From the NCBI GenBank assembly GCA_903813345.2, contig CAIIXF020000001.1, positions 37,696,001-37,760,000 on the forward strand: a DNA stretch of 64,000 bases, given 5' to 3'. This DNA is from Owenia fusiformis (taxonomy: Eukaryota). A program made the translations under genes and the position numbers. The notes beneath the pieces were generated by a model. The model saw only the letters and a list, made by a program, of their open reading frames with translations. It was not told the origin of the DNA and made no database searches. How positions within the stretch are numbered: the first letter of the stretch is position 1; every line of letters begins with the position of its first letter. This document shows positions 26,864 through 41,400 of this stretch, piece after piece.

Positions 26864-27430
26864 TTAAAGTCCCTTTTGAATAAAAAAGTCTCCAAGTTCC
26901 ATGACGACCTGGTTACATTTTTCAAGTTTATTATTGTCTTTATGGATAGCAACTACGAGTAACTTCCTAGTTTTGCAAAGTGATAGGCCCTGAAGTAAGC
27001 CTGGGACCCCCGTCTTCGCTAAAATACCATGTAATCCATCAGCCATGACTACTTTGTAGTGTTTATCGAACACAGTCACGCCATCTTTATATGCTTTATC
27101 AGGCCATCTGAATTTGTCTAATATGTCCAAGAACTCTTCAGCAGAGAGGAAAAAATTGTCAGTTGCTGCCAGACGAAACCCCTCTAAGTCATAGATTGCC
27201 GCTTTATCAATGATAGCAGAACCTAGTAATATATCAGTTATGTAACTTTCCCACGACTGGACGTACCTAAAGTCATTTTCACGGTTCATATCTGGTATTT
27301 CATATTCAGTAACGAACGCCGCACCATTATTTGTAGATGTTGTCTCCTCTTTCGGTTTCTTTGGTAGATCGGCCTGGACGTTTTTCATTGTTTTTCGAGT
27401 GATAATCTCACCGTGTAGGCGCTGGTCCAT
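26864..27430 (-). CDS. Profilin-like protein with N-terminal extension (188 aa)
   Basis: SWESYITDILLGSAIIDKAAIYDLEG...GVTVFDKHYKVVMADG...CKTRKLLVVAIH...CNQVVMELGDFFIQKGL after ~57 extra residues. Confidence 0.88.
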   Translation of the reverse strand: MDQRLHGEIITRKTMKNVQADLPKKPKEETTSTNNGAAFVTEYEIPDMNRENDFRYVQSWESYITDILLGSAIIDKAAIYDLEGFRLAATDNFFLSAEEFLDILDKFRWPDKAYKDGVTVFDKHYKVVMADGLHGILAKTGVPGLLQGLSLCKTRKLLVVAIHKDNNKLEKCNQVVMELGDFFIQKGL

Positions 27431-29474
27431 TTTGTCTTTCTGGTTCTCTAGCAGTATTTACTTAAGATACAGAACGTATACTCGTGGACCTTTACCATCA
27501 ACAGTGAGTCCTCTGGATCACAGCCTGGCGCCTGGGTTGTTGTTCTATGTCTTACCCTCTCTTCAGTGCCTGAGGCAAGATTAAGGGATGAGAATAAAGA
27601 GCCCAGATCATTCAATTTGTGACCAAAATGTTCCTTCGGTAATATTACTGATGGTCGACAATTTACAAGGGCTGCCAAGTATTAGTAAATCCACTATTAT
27701 ATATCTTCCAATGTCGTTCAATTACATGATCATGTCCTTGTTTGAATAAGTGAAGAGGGATATTAAGCTATTATTCCCTTTCATGTAATTGATTCACTTT
27801 TGTTCTTTCGGAACTTCCAAAGATTAGTTAACCTATGTACGAATATATACAAGGAATAAGACAGCCGAGTTATCGTCAGTAATATTGCAGTATAATTCCT
27901 GATTATCTGTCTGTCTGTTGTCGTTATGATATCAGTACTTATTCATACTGTATTGTTTGTTTATTAAGGTACAGTTCGTTCATTTCCAATAACTTAACAT
28001 TTTGAATTTAAATGACTTTCAATTGTTGGTAGCATGTACTGTTTTATGAATGCAAACTGAAAAGTATTTATGCAAATATAGAACCCGTCGAGTTTGAATG
28101 GATTAAACTCTTGTTAAAGAGGTACCTGTTTAAGAATTATTGATCTTATTCAGGCTAGCCAGCATTTCTATTGTCATCGGTAATACAATAATTTGTTTGG
28201 CAAATACCCTTACGTTTATCAGTGGTTTCCAAGTCCCAAAGCCATTTATCTCCCACAATGCATTAGGGGAACAAAGCAGGTCGAATTGTAAATCAAGATT
28301 CTTGGCTATTTCTGTACGATAGTTGCAAAAATTATACTTTAAAAAATATGAACTTTCTGAAAATTGATATATTTCATTACTTATGTTTTGCAAGCTCTCA
28401 TACATTATCTCTCGCAGAATGCAAATGCATTTTTTGAAATGTCCAATATTTAATCTAATTGTAATTTTAAGGAGCCTCCTAATATTTATAATCCATGTTG
28501 ATCCTCATCTCAAGTACTCGTAATCACAACATGTACTTAACCTGATATTCTTTATCAACCGTAATATGTTTTTGTATACATATGTAGTCATAATATTATC
28601 TCAATTTGACGTATGTTAACACAGTGCGGTTTTTTAAAAAAGGGGATTACCCTTTCAGACAGTTTTCTTACTTTTTATGTCGTAGGTCACTCTCTTCGAG
28701 AGCCATGTTAGATTTTGAAACTTATCAAAATCAAATAGCTTTTGCAGGAAGTAAGCCGTAGGATATCGACGTAACGTAACCAGCAACCGTTTAAATAGGT
28801 AATGCACAGCTTTTTATTAACGGGTAAAACATGTTTTTCAATTATTCACACAATGTGTTACAAATGCATGAACATCGAAATAATAATCAGGTCATCTTTC
28901 ATGTCATGCAAACATATAGCACCATCTTGATTCAAAGATTGTGAATTTTGACTAAAGGAATGCACCAGTAGAACCAGAGCATAGGCCGATATAACATTGG
29001 TCAGTGACCAGTATTGTGACATGAATTATAAGTAAAATTATCCATTTTAATCAAGGAGTTGAGAGGGTTACTATTTTTATTACAATTACAATTGGGATAC
29101 TAGAAGGGAATCTCCTGGACAAGATATGAAATATACAAGTTGTTAGAACCAAACTGTCACAATATTATTCGGATCCATGAGATCTGTCAACACTTGGATC
29201 AGATAGATATCTATAGGATATTGGATAACGTTAGTTAAACGTGCTTAGATTTTTCATTTCTTGGATCACTAATCAAGCAAATAATTTCATTGGCCAAAAA
29301 GATGGACGCAATAATTTAAAATTGATACAGTCGTTTTACTTAAGTCTCTTTATTTATCTAATTGCAAACACGATTTTAAATACATATTAAGCATTGCGTT
29401 TTCAATTAATTTCACTCACTCTAAATGGTTTGCAGATACTACTTTGAAATGTTACAAACATAAGTATACCAAGT

Positions 29475-32400
29475 ATGGATCCGAACCACAAGAAGATACT
29501 GATCAAAAACAGAGTGGCGTTGATAGATTTAGACGTCAACGAAGAGTTCATCGGCAATCTTAAAGCAAATGGGGTTTTGTCAAGAAATATGGTAGAAGAC
29601 ATAGAGGTACTATTGAAAGATGATCAGTAATTTAGTTTCATTTTTTTGTCTTAACCAAAACCAAGTTTTACTTGACGTCTAGAGATAGTGTGACTATTGG
29701 TAATTGGCATCGTTTCAAATGCATCAATTTTCCAAAAGGAAAGATGAATTAAAAATTATGCATATAAACATAATAGATAGATATTTTTTTACAAGTTATG
29801 CGCTAAGGGCCACGCCCATTATTCAGCTATATGACAGGCAATGAGGTGGATGAATTTCATGCTCTCCAACAGAAAATATTCATCCTCACGCAATTTATAG
29901 CACTCGGAATTTTCTATTTTAAATCTGTTGAATTTTTATCAATTTAAAAGTGATAAATTTTTATTTAGTGAAAGAATCATTGCTCGATTATAGGTAGAAC
30001 AACGGCGATCCAGAAAGGCCGGTGTGTTCTTAGATATTTTGGAACGAAGGGGTGAAAATGCATTCGATGAATTCTATGAAGCGCTTATAAAGACTGAACA
30101 AGGTCACCTAGCAGACATTCTGAAGCCGGATATGGCTGCATCACGGAAATCCGAACAACTTGCAAGAATTGCAGGCAATAAATCTGCATTACCACAATCA
30201 AATTCAACGGGACGCCATTTTCAGTCAAGCACGGTTCAGAGTATGAACGGACAACATATACATTACCCATCAGAGGATTTCAACGTCCGTTCTTCCATAC
30301 CAGTTGAAGATGAGGAATTACCCAGTGGTAAGCATCAGACAGTATAGTACACCTTGTACACTACCTTTCAGTATACTAAACAAGGATAGTGTAGTCCAGA
30401 AACGCTAGAAGTCACACTTTAGTAACCATCTTTAATATGTTCCGCCACATTCACTTTTCAAATGGTATGATTCATTTGATTACGAAAATGCTGTTTGCTA
30501 TAAACGTTTTTTTAGGATTATTGTATGTGTTTAGAATTGTATTGACAATTATATGAAGATGTCACGAGGCTATCGTATTTTCAGAGTGGCCACCCAAGAA
30601 CTGGGATCCGTATAAAGAAATAGAACAAATGAAAGTCATGGGGCATCCGTCTGACTGGCCGACGAAAGTTCACGATCGTTTTGTTGGAAATAGTAAAGAG
30701 GTAATCGTTTACGAATCTCTGGGTACCAATTTTTACGATCAAATCAAATTATAACATATTCAAAGAAGACACCCGCCATGGTGAAGATTCAATAGACCAA
30801 ATTAAGAATTAAAGTGCCCGATAAACTATAAAATGCGCATGCGTCCAGGTGTTGATAAACTATAAATAGCGAAAATCCAGGGTTTGTCATCACAAGGTAA
30901 GCCAGGACGTGTTGAGAGAACAGCTAGTGTTGATATTGAATTTATATGTAGCCAGATAAACTTCCTTATTGAAATTACATATGGTTATTAGCAATACTTT
31001 GTAGGTGCTAAATAATAAAATATTTAGAGTATATATGAGAAAAATTGGTCATTTCGAACCTGTTGAAAAGTTTGTGGCTCTCGGCTACACCGGGGAATTT
31101 ACTTCCATGAGTACACACATAAATGTGGGGTTCCCCAAGAGGTACGCGACAAGGTGACCTGGCATCAAATGTGCTACTAAATGCTACTATCGAGAAGATA
31201 AAATAACGAATACGACAATAAGTTATAATTGCATGTGACAATTCCGAGCCTTCATCTCACTGAAGTATTTTGAAGTGAAAATAGGATTTTTGTTTTGATA
31301 CATGGATTCAGATGAACGTAACTTTATTCTGACAACTAATCAAAACTGAACAAAATTGATTGTACGTAACAGACAATTTATTGTTTTACAATGTTCTGAT
31401 TGGCTAAACGAATGAAACCAACAAATTATGACATGTAAAATGACAATTTTGAAATGTAAAATTTAAAAGTGACAAACACAACCTCCCTATCCACTCTTTG
31501 AGAGCCCTAGTAAATTAATAATATGTACATGCAGCAGTGGTCACTGGCATGTAGCGATTATAGCGGTCCTGTCTTGGCTTATTGAATTGTTACGAAGTTA
31601 CGTATGCGGTGCGGAAGTTAGAGAGCAAATGACCATCATTTCAATGTAATAGTTTATGCAGGAAAATTGAGATTAGGCCATTGGAGTATTTGTTTCATGC
31701 ATTTGTAAAACGTTGCCCACTCATAGGTCATACTTATCGTTAAACCAATAACTCAAATATATGCCCTTGTACACCGATCACCTGTTGAAATTAATACAGG
31801 CCGATTTCAACAAATGTAAACGGCGATATATTTAAAATCGTATTCAAGCATGACCACGTCCCAACTTCTTTTGTTTTCTTTACAACTAAGCTATGACTGC
31901 AGTCTATTCAGTGTTGCGTATCGAACCTTGTTTATTATAAAAATAGTGCAACAACAAGCAGAATTCACACATTTACCTTATACTTATTCTCAACTGAAGA
32001 CATTGAATTTATCTCTTAGGTTTTACATTATAAATATCTTAACATGCAGAATACGAAAATAGAGGCTTAGGCCCAACTTTGTATGAATTTTATGAGAATA
32101 ATCTGATTTTAGAGAAATGAAAAGAAAAATGTCCACACCCTACACAAAATATTTATGGTTCCCCGGGAATACGTATGTGCTGCTTGTATATTAGAATCAT
32201 ATTCCAGTTACAGAAAGAAGTACATATCATGCTAAACTATATACAACAGTTATGCACTTGGAGGTTTTGGATAAAATAACCATAACCCCTATATATTGGC
32301 CAAGGGATAATCCCAATATCCTGACTATAGGATATGTTTATCCCATACCAATCTTGGTCATCTGGTTCACATTGTTAAATCGTGGAAATATTTTAGAATA

Positions 32401-35400
32401 TTCATGTCCAGTTTTGTTTTCTTGGCCGTGGGCGGATTTTCATGTTCTCTCAAATATTCCCATATTTATTTTCTCGAATTTTTTATTGATAAAGTGGATG
32501 CTCTTTCCCTTTTTTTAACTACAGACCCTGATTGTCTGTGTTTTCTCCATTGCCGTTTACAGTCATTCCGCGAACGTTACAAATTATGAACAAATATGCA
32601 AGCGGCGATTATGACGTAGCGGGCAGATATACTATATCTGCCCGCTTGGAGCGGGACGTAAAGCTTTATCCCATGGTTGCAAGGAGGATATACGAGGGGT
32701 GATCAATAAGTAATGGACGCTTTTTTACACAGATACTTTTTATTGACCAATCCCTTTGATTTTCCTACCAGTGATACATCATTCAATTATCTATCAATTC
32801 TGAAGATTTGAAGACAAAATATATAATACATGTTGATATATCCTTATTTCCGTGAAGGAGGTACAGGTACCCCGGGACCGACATTTACGTCACATATTCA
32901 GTTTTTAGCCAGTTTGGTAGATTTGAACTTTTTATATGCAACAAGTGTTGTATTGGTTGAATTTTTTTGCTGACTGGTAACACATAAACAGAAAGTATTG
33001 TAATGTCAGAGTGTTGTATGGAAGGGGTTTGCAGGTCAATTTGAGAAAGCATTGTGGAAGAAAGGGGTGGTGAGAGAAGGGAAAACCCTACTCCATATGG
33101 TCAATGCATCTGCCCATAGATCTCAAAATGTTCAGAAAACAATATCCCTGGACCTCAAAATTGAGCCCTTGGCCAATGCACTATATTGCCCAGATCTGCT
33201 CACATGTGACTTGTTTATTTCTATATACTACTTATTTCTATAGAGAAAGAGAGGTTTGAGACATATAGAGACGCAGGTTTATTAACATTGATTAAATAAA
33301 ACAACCCATGCAACTGTATCTTGCAACCATGTCAGATAATGGATTCAGCCTTGTCTTACAATCTTGAGTTAAGAGGATGAGGAATTGTGTACATGTAGCA
33401 CTTGATGGAACCTATTTAGAGGGCCCTGTGGAATAAATGTGGCATGAATACCACATAGTGATGATAAAATATTCAAAATCAACTATGGCATAACAAAATG
33501 GGGTAATTCATGACCATAATGGTTTGTTTTGTTCAGCCTGCATTCAACTGCATTGCATGTTAAACACGCTAAAATATCTTCAGAATATGTGACGTTAATG
33601 TCGGTCCCGGGGTACCCGTACCTCCTTCACAGAAATGAGGATATATCAACATGTATTATAAATTTTGTCTTCAAATCTTCAGAGTTGATAGATAATTGAA
33701 TGATGAATCACTGGTAAGAAAATCGAAGGGATTGGTCTATAAAAAGCATCTGTGTAAAAAAGCGTCCATTACTTATTGATCACCCCTCGTAGATCGAATA
33801 TCACATGATGATATATTTGATATGTGGATCAAGATATCATATTTTAGCAAACAATTTACAAACCATCGAATATCACTTTTAAACTATCGAATATCACATC
33901 TTAAATAGAGGATATCCAGTGATTTATGAGTGATATGATTTTTATCCACGAATGGATATGATATCTGCACGAGTGAGCGTAGCGAGAGAGTGCAGATATC
34001 AACATCCATGAGTGGATTAAAATCATATCACGAGTAAATCATAGGATGTTCTTTATATTCCATAGTTAAAGTCATCATCAGAATCTTCGGGAATTAAGTG
34101 ATTTAAAACGAATTTTCCAAACGATACGGCAATATTGACACTTAGCCTCGTTTTGAGTCTGAAGTAGCAAAAATCCATAAACCATGGCATACGGCGCCGC
34201 ATGTCATGGCTAAAACACCGTATGCTATGGTTAAGTGAAAATTTGCCAAAAATATCATATTTTACCACTGATTTCAAAAATACCGTTTTTATTTTGACAT
34301 GTTATCCTATGGATATCATGCTAACTATGGAATAATATAGGAATATCCTATGGCTCTGAAAAAATATCACTTATATCCATGAGTGGATATTGATATCTTG
34401 GCGAGTGAGCGCAGCGAATGAGTGAAGATACTGATATCCATGAGTGGATATAAGTGATATTTTTGAAAAACTATAGGATTGTCCGTTTATCCCATTGGGA
34501 ATTATTATCCAGCGAACATTGAATAATCAGATAAATTGCAATGGAAATTCCATTTCGTCTGACATTTTGATTGCGATAATTCAACGAACGTCATATACGT
34601 GACGTAACAGAGTGGTTTGTATTTAATGCGAACGCCGTAAAAACAAGATCCCAAAAAATAAAAATATATAATAAATATATAATTCAATTCAATTCAATTC
34701 AATTTATTTCATAATTCTTATATAATATACACTATAAAAACAAGCCGCTAGACACCCTAGTGGGTATATGTTGCGGTCTAACAGAAATCATTAAAATGAC
34801 ATCTAGACTACATATAAAAGAAAATACTTATATTATGTTACATGTAGGTATATAAAAATGGTATTAACAATTAATCTAAGGATGTACAATGTAAAAATGT
34901 TACAAAAATCAGGTATCAGTATAAAATCAACAGTATAGTATGATATTGGTATTATACATTATCGATAGATGAGTAGTTTTTTATATGAAGATTTGAAAAT
35001 ATTTAGAGTGGAGGGTTTTATAATATCATGGGGTAGAGCATTCCAAAGATTAGGACCTAGATAGCGAAGGGAAAGTTTAGAGCATTTAGGGATATGAAAA
35101 TAATGCAATTGTCTTGTGTAATGATGATGAATATTAATGTTGATATCAAACAAGTCTTGAATAGATTTTTTGGAAGACTGGGGTGCTTATTAAAGATTTT
35201 GTACATGAACTGACCAGTACAATATCTGTTGACATCAAAAATATTTAATATGTTAAGATCTTTAAATAAGGGAGCGGAGTGAGAAAGTCTATCCTTATTT
35301 AAAGCTAGTCTTAAGAATTGTTTCTGCAGTTTATGTAGACGATCATAAAATGATTTAAATGTGTTACCCCAGATTATGTTGCAATAATTTAATTAAGAGT

Positions 35401-38400
35401 GTATCAATGAGTAGTAAATTGTTTTGAAACTGTCTATTTGAAGTAGATGTTTAATGTGATAAAGAGAACCAATGACGCGAGAAATCTTTGTTTCAATAGA
35501 TTTTATGTGCTCTTTAAATTTCAAGTTTTTATCAATAATAATTCCAAGAAAGTCAATTTTATCCCGGAAATTTATGTTCTCATTGCGTATTTTGAGATTC
35601 AGATTTGTTTGATTTTTTTGGGTCCAAATAGAATAGCATTGGTTTTGCCAATATTAAGTAAAAGTTTGTTTGCTTTTATCCAGTCATCTATTGAATTCAA
35701 GTTTGCATTAGTTCTAGTCATAAGTTCATTTAAATCATAATCACTATCAAGAAGATTGGTGTCATCAGCAAACATAATAAATTTTAGATTAGGGTCAACA
35801 AAAGGCAGATCATTTATGTAAAGAATAAATAATAGTGGTCCAAGTACCGAACCCTGCGGAACACCACAGTTTAGAGATGATTGTTTAGATTCATAATTGT
35901 TAATGGTGACATATTGTTTGCGGTCTTTTAAATAACTTTCAAACCAGGACTTAGCTATTCCTCTGATGCCATAATATTCAAGTTTTTGTATCAAAATGTC
36001 ATGATTAATTGTGTCAAAGGCCTTGGAAAAATCTAATGTTATGCCAATGCTCGTTTTCCCCAAATCAGTTGATTTTCGAATTTGTTCAATGAAATATAAA
36101 ATGGCCATGTAGGTAGAGTTGAATTTCTGAAATCCAAATTGATAAGTAAAAATAATTTAAAAACGTTCTAAAAACCAGTGAGTTTGGCGTGCATGAGCTT
36201 TTCTAACAATTTAGAAAATACCGATAAAACTGAAATTGGTCTATAGTTCGAAGGATTTGTAGTGACTCCTTTTTTAAATACAGGTGTTACTTTGGTCAAT
36301 TTGAGGGCGTCTGGGAAAATACCAGATTTAAAAGATAAGTTAAATATATACAAGAGTGGATCAATTAAAAACTGTCTTACAGACTTAATAAGTGATGGTA
36401 GAATCCCATCAGGTCCAGGCGAGGAAGATTTTGGAAGACATATTTCTAATTCAAGCTCAGTTTTTGAGGTCTTTTTGAGATACATAGATGATTGAACTTT
36501 TTGAGCTCTTGCTAGGTATTCATAAACAATCGTTTTGCTGAATTAATAATAAAAATTGAAAAAATCAAAACCATCGAATATCACTTTTGAAACCATCGAA
36601 TATCACTTTTGAAACCATCGAATATCACCTTTCAAAGAGTGATATTCGATGGTTTCAAAAGTGATATTCGATGATTTGGGAATTATATCTTCACGTGATA
36701 TTCGATCTATATCCTTGTAACCATGGGATAAATAAGGGTTATGTACTGGGAGGTTTTGGATATGGGGTTTTTCCAGAGGGAGATATGCATATCTACCTGA
36801 GGGACCGTAGGGACAGAAAGTAGATGTGCATATCTCACGAGGGATGAACCCAATATCCAAACCGACCGTACATAACTGCTTTATCCTATACCAAGTAGAG
36901 TTTTCAGTAGTACAAGGTGTAAAAAATAAACAAATCATTCATATGCAAAGTCATTTTATTGCATTTCCACTTTTTTTGGATGCGGGAAGATACGCCCCGA
37001 AGCGGGAAGATATGCACCGAAGCGGGAGATATGACGGGAGATATGAAGGTTCTTGATATGGAAACCTCAAAATCAGGATACGGGATATATCTTACCAACT
37101 TATCTCCCTAAAACCCTACTTGGCATAGGATAAATCAAGATAATTTCTACTCGCATCTAGTCTATTCCACATGTTTGGGAAAAGTGTACAGGAAAATCTC
37201 CATGTTCAACTGATGTATGATCAACCCTCATAGGGGTCAATCCAGTTATCCGAAACCCAGTTGTCCGAAACTCAATTCTCCGAAACCCAGTTGTCCGAAA
37301 CCAAGTTCTCCGAAAATTAGGGGATCTTATCAAAAAATACAATTTCTTTAAACGAATCTTGTTGCAACCTCTGCGAATCACGACAGCATAACATTTGAAT
37401 CACGTTGACATCATTGCAAAATTAGGCTGAATATGCTAAGTCAAGACGTTAATTAGCCCACGAAAGTTCATGGGTAACTTGAGAACTACAAAATACAACC
37501 AAATACTTTTCGAACGTACAATAGCAATATTTCTCACCCAACGTCTTCATAGTTTTAGGAACGTATTTTAAACGCATGATAGCCAAATATATCAAGATAC
37601 TATATCTGCCTAAATGAAGTTATCTAGTGTTGACAAAGTTTTGAAATATATTTTATCCAGATCCATCAGAAATTAACTTATCCAATACATTTGTTCATAA
37701 GAATTCTTTAATTCTACCTCGTTCCCAATACGTCCTCAGACAGACAAGAAATTGAAGTCACACCCGTTTGTTTGCGTGGCATATTTATACGTATACGCAC
37801 TTTCTCTGATTATTGTCAAACAAATACATTTCAGGAGAAGAACATAAAAAACAAATGCCTGAAACGAATGCCGAAACACAAATCCCAAGTGATTAAGTTT
37901 AGAATGTTTTATTCTTTTACGATTTGATAAGAGACTGAGACTAAGAAATTAAATGCGACGAAATATTTTGACAACGTAATTTGTATACTGTTTTATTCTT
38001 AAAGTTCTATGCGATTACTTATTTTATCTGTTTCAAAATGTTTCATTTTATTTTGCCTATATAAAAGAGATTAAAGAAGATAAGATAAACTGTTCCGTAA
38101 TATATATTGTGTTTTAATAACCTTTTTTAGAATCACAATGTAAAATAAATCTCCCGTTCCTGCCATTCTGGTAACGCCATGCATTGGATGCAATTCAAAG
38201 TGAGAGAGAGATCTATGAATATCAGAATGCGTCCATGCCATTATTTTGGCCAAATACATGGCATGAAACTGACGTAAGCTTAAGTAAGCTACGCCCCCCC
38301 CCTTTCTCTGGTAAATTATGACTTTATTTTTCGGAGTAATGGGTTTCGGACAACTTGGTTTCGGGGAATTGGGTTTCGGACAACTGGGTTTCGGACAACT

Positions 38401-41400
38401 GGGGTGTCAATATATACGAATCGAATGTATTCTCGTGTGCATTACAATATCCCCATTGAAACATTTTTGGCCTGCAATGGACGTATAATGAATTAGAATA
38501 TGAGGCCGTGTTATCATTCTAATGTAAAGTCATGGTATTTACTGTGGTATTGGGTTGCAAGTTAATATCAGATTCAATGCAAATTAATCATCTAATATCA
38601 GATGCGCGATCAGTCCAATAATCTAATTTCAGGTCATCAGTTCGATATCTAGCACTTGTTCTAACGACACGGTATTACTAGACTATCATATTATAAATAC
38701 ACACACATATAAAACAATCAAACTGGTACACGATATAAGCACGACTGCTCTTTCAATTGAGTATAAATGTTGATAAACTTACCCGGAAGCCAAGACATAC
38801 ACGTTTAGACGATGCTATTTTCAGTTCAGTGTAAGAGTAAATGCCCGGATATCGAGGCTTTTTCGTGTAAAGTTTTAACCAAGCATCTAAAATCGGGTTA
38901 TATTGCGTGTAGAATTTATCGATATCAGGGCCGCTACATGCCAGTGAGTGGTAGTGTACAGCTTATTATCACACTCCGCTTTGTATTCTAAAGCCTGTTG
39001 TTTGTAATAACACTGTTCACACTGTGTGTGGGCAGTCAACGATAATCATTGTTTTATCCCGGTAATATGACCTCGTAGGTGATGGGCTAGCTCTTAAATT
39101 GCGGTATGGAGGTAGAATTTTGGAGACCATGCTAGTTACATCCTAATTTGTAATTCTCACCACAATTTGGCAATAATTAAGCAAAATTTTACAGCGTTTA
39201 GGAAAAAATCAATATTTATACCCCCCCCCCCACATGACAAAAGTAGGGGGTACATAGAAAATAATTAATAACTTTACAAAAACATTATGAATAACCACAT
39301 TTTTTTCAGAATATATGCACATATATGTCATTAATAACTGGTAAAAAATTGGTGACTATAGGTATGATGGTTGCTATGGAAACAGAATGTGATTGTCAAC
39401 ATTTGCTAATTTGTGTCTATTTTGGGGGGCTCGTTAACGAAAAAATGCTATGTAAGCAAGTTATGCTGCAAAAATAGCATTGATTTAAGGTTTAGAAAAT
39501 TGCATATATATGTCCTGCATGCATTAAAACTGGAATGATGATTGAGTCTCAATCAGAAATATTTTTAAAAAAAATTTCTATGACCCACCCCCTCTAAATA
39601 ATCCAAAGTGGGCGTGGCATTTAAGTGAATGATCAAGCCTACTTAACAGTAGATAACTTCAATTGTATAACCAGTATTATCACAATTTCAACAGAATGTA
39701 GGATTCTGGTATCAGTTAACAGTTTATATGATTTTGTTCATCCCCCTCAATATTTATAACCCCTCCTTCGTCACCACCACCCCTCCCGCGTGACAAAAGT
39801 AGGGGATACCTTGAAAATGATTAATAACTTTACAACAATGCAGCGAATAACCATCAATTTTTCAGACAGGATAAATCTATATGTCATCAGTAATTGAAAA
39901 AATTCTTGGTAATTATAGGTATGATAGTTTCTAAACAGGATTTGATCTTCACAACTTGTGAAGATATTGGGAGGGGGGGGGGCTGGTTCACAAAGAATAC
40001 TATCCTAGCGAATTCTGCTGCAGAATTAGCATTGTTTTAAGGTTTAGAAAACTGCATATGTATGTCCTGCATGCATTAAAATGAAATGATGATTGGGTTT
40101 CAATTAGATTTTTTAGATTTCACTATGACCCATCCTTCTTTATAATCCAAAGTGAGTGTGACATTTAACTGTATGATCAAACTTACTTAATAGTTCAACA
40201 TTTCTACACAATGTAGGCATCAGTTAACTTTTTATCATTTTGTTCATCCCCAAATATTTATGCCACTCCCCTCGTCTTAACATACTAAAAATTACACATG
40301 TATATGTCATAAGTAACTGGAAAAAGATTATGGTGATTATAGGTTTGATGGTTGCTATGGAAAAAGGATTCGATTGTCAAACAAAGGACCGCATGTTGTT
40401 TGTAGAATGAATCGGGTTAAAAACATCAATACACTTTAAACCATTTTATTGACTATAAAACTGCACCATATAATCCCCAAAAGACATTTCTCTTTTCAAG
40501 GATTATCTATGGATTAACACCCAGGTTTTTTATTTTTCAAACTTCAGAGGGCTAGGAATCATTGATTATGATCATATAAATGCTGTTTTAAAATAGGTTT
40601 AATGTATGCCAATAATTTCTCAAATCGTGTAAATGGTACCCATTCCTTATTCCCTACAATTTTCTCTTTGAGGAATTCCCATAGCAATCCTATGGTATAG
40701 TTCCAAGCAGATTTTGAGATAACAGGAAAGTTAATCATTTATACACACCTCATTGGGTTGTGATATAAACCAAAATAATACATCTCTTCATCACTTCTGA
40801 TCATCAGAACCATGCCTGCTACAATATAATGTATCTTCTGACATTGCTTAGTGTAGATACAATATTTCCTGGTGTCAAATCCTAGCTAGATGATGGGGAG
40901 ATGTACCATAAAAGGAGGTCACGGGGTAGGTACAATGCTGTCAAAATCAAAACCTCAACAATACAACCAACAATCAACAGGCACGCAAAGTTCCTTATTG
41001 GTATTAAAAAGATTCAGTCACAAACATGTTGTTTATGATGATCAGTGATGAAGATAACAGTTAACGTCCATTTGACAGCTTCACAGGCAACAGTACCGTA
41101 AAATTACATACAGTTGTGTATTTTCAACAGTATGTTATGGTACTGTTTGGGCTATGGTACTGTATGGTATGGTAATATATGGTACCAGACTAAAATAGTA
41201 TTGTACAGTACCATGGACACTGTACACCACCATAATAGAATGGCACTGTACGGTACTATTAATGTACCATGAGTGCAGATTGGTGGTGTTTATCAAGCCA
41301 TTTGATATCACAGAATCAAGACTCCTATGCATATCATCAGGACTTCCAGCACTTACTCAAGTCAAAAAATCCACCCAGTGTTAGGAGCTATTGCTTCTTA

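Larger units (their letters stand above)
32664..36732. mobile_element. Inverted-repeat non-autonomous element, Crypton-like, interrupted by a mariner and a LINE
   Basis: IR TTTATCCCATGGTT(G/A)CAAGGA..TA[mariner]GATCGAATATCAC vs GTGATATTCGATCTATATCCTTGTAACCATGGGATAAA; internal CGAGTGAGCG(T/C)AGCGA..GAGTG hairpins at ~33970 and ~34402. Confidence 0.55.
31542..38946. mobile_element. 7.4-kb TIR-bounded DNA element hosting nested insertions
   Basis: Termini CACTGGCATGTAGCG/CGCTACATGCCAGTG; flanking direct repeat AGTGGT on both sides. Confidence 0.7.

Noticed and set aside
27448..27678. 76-aa ORF upstream of the minus-strand profilin as part of its CDS
   Set aside because: Different frame, starts at a non-ATG codon, and an in-frame TAA lies 10 codons before the profilin ATG; more likely 5' UTR/intron
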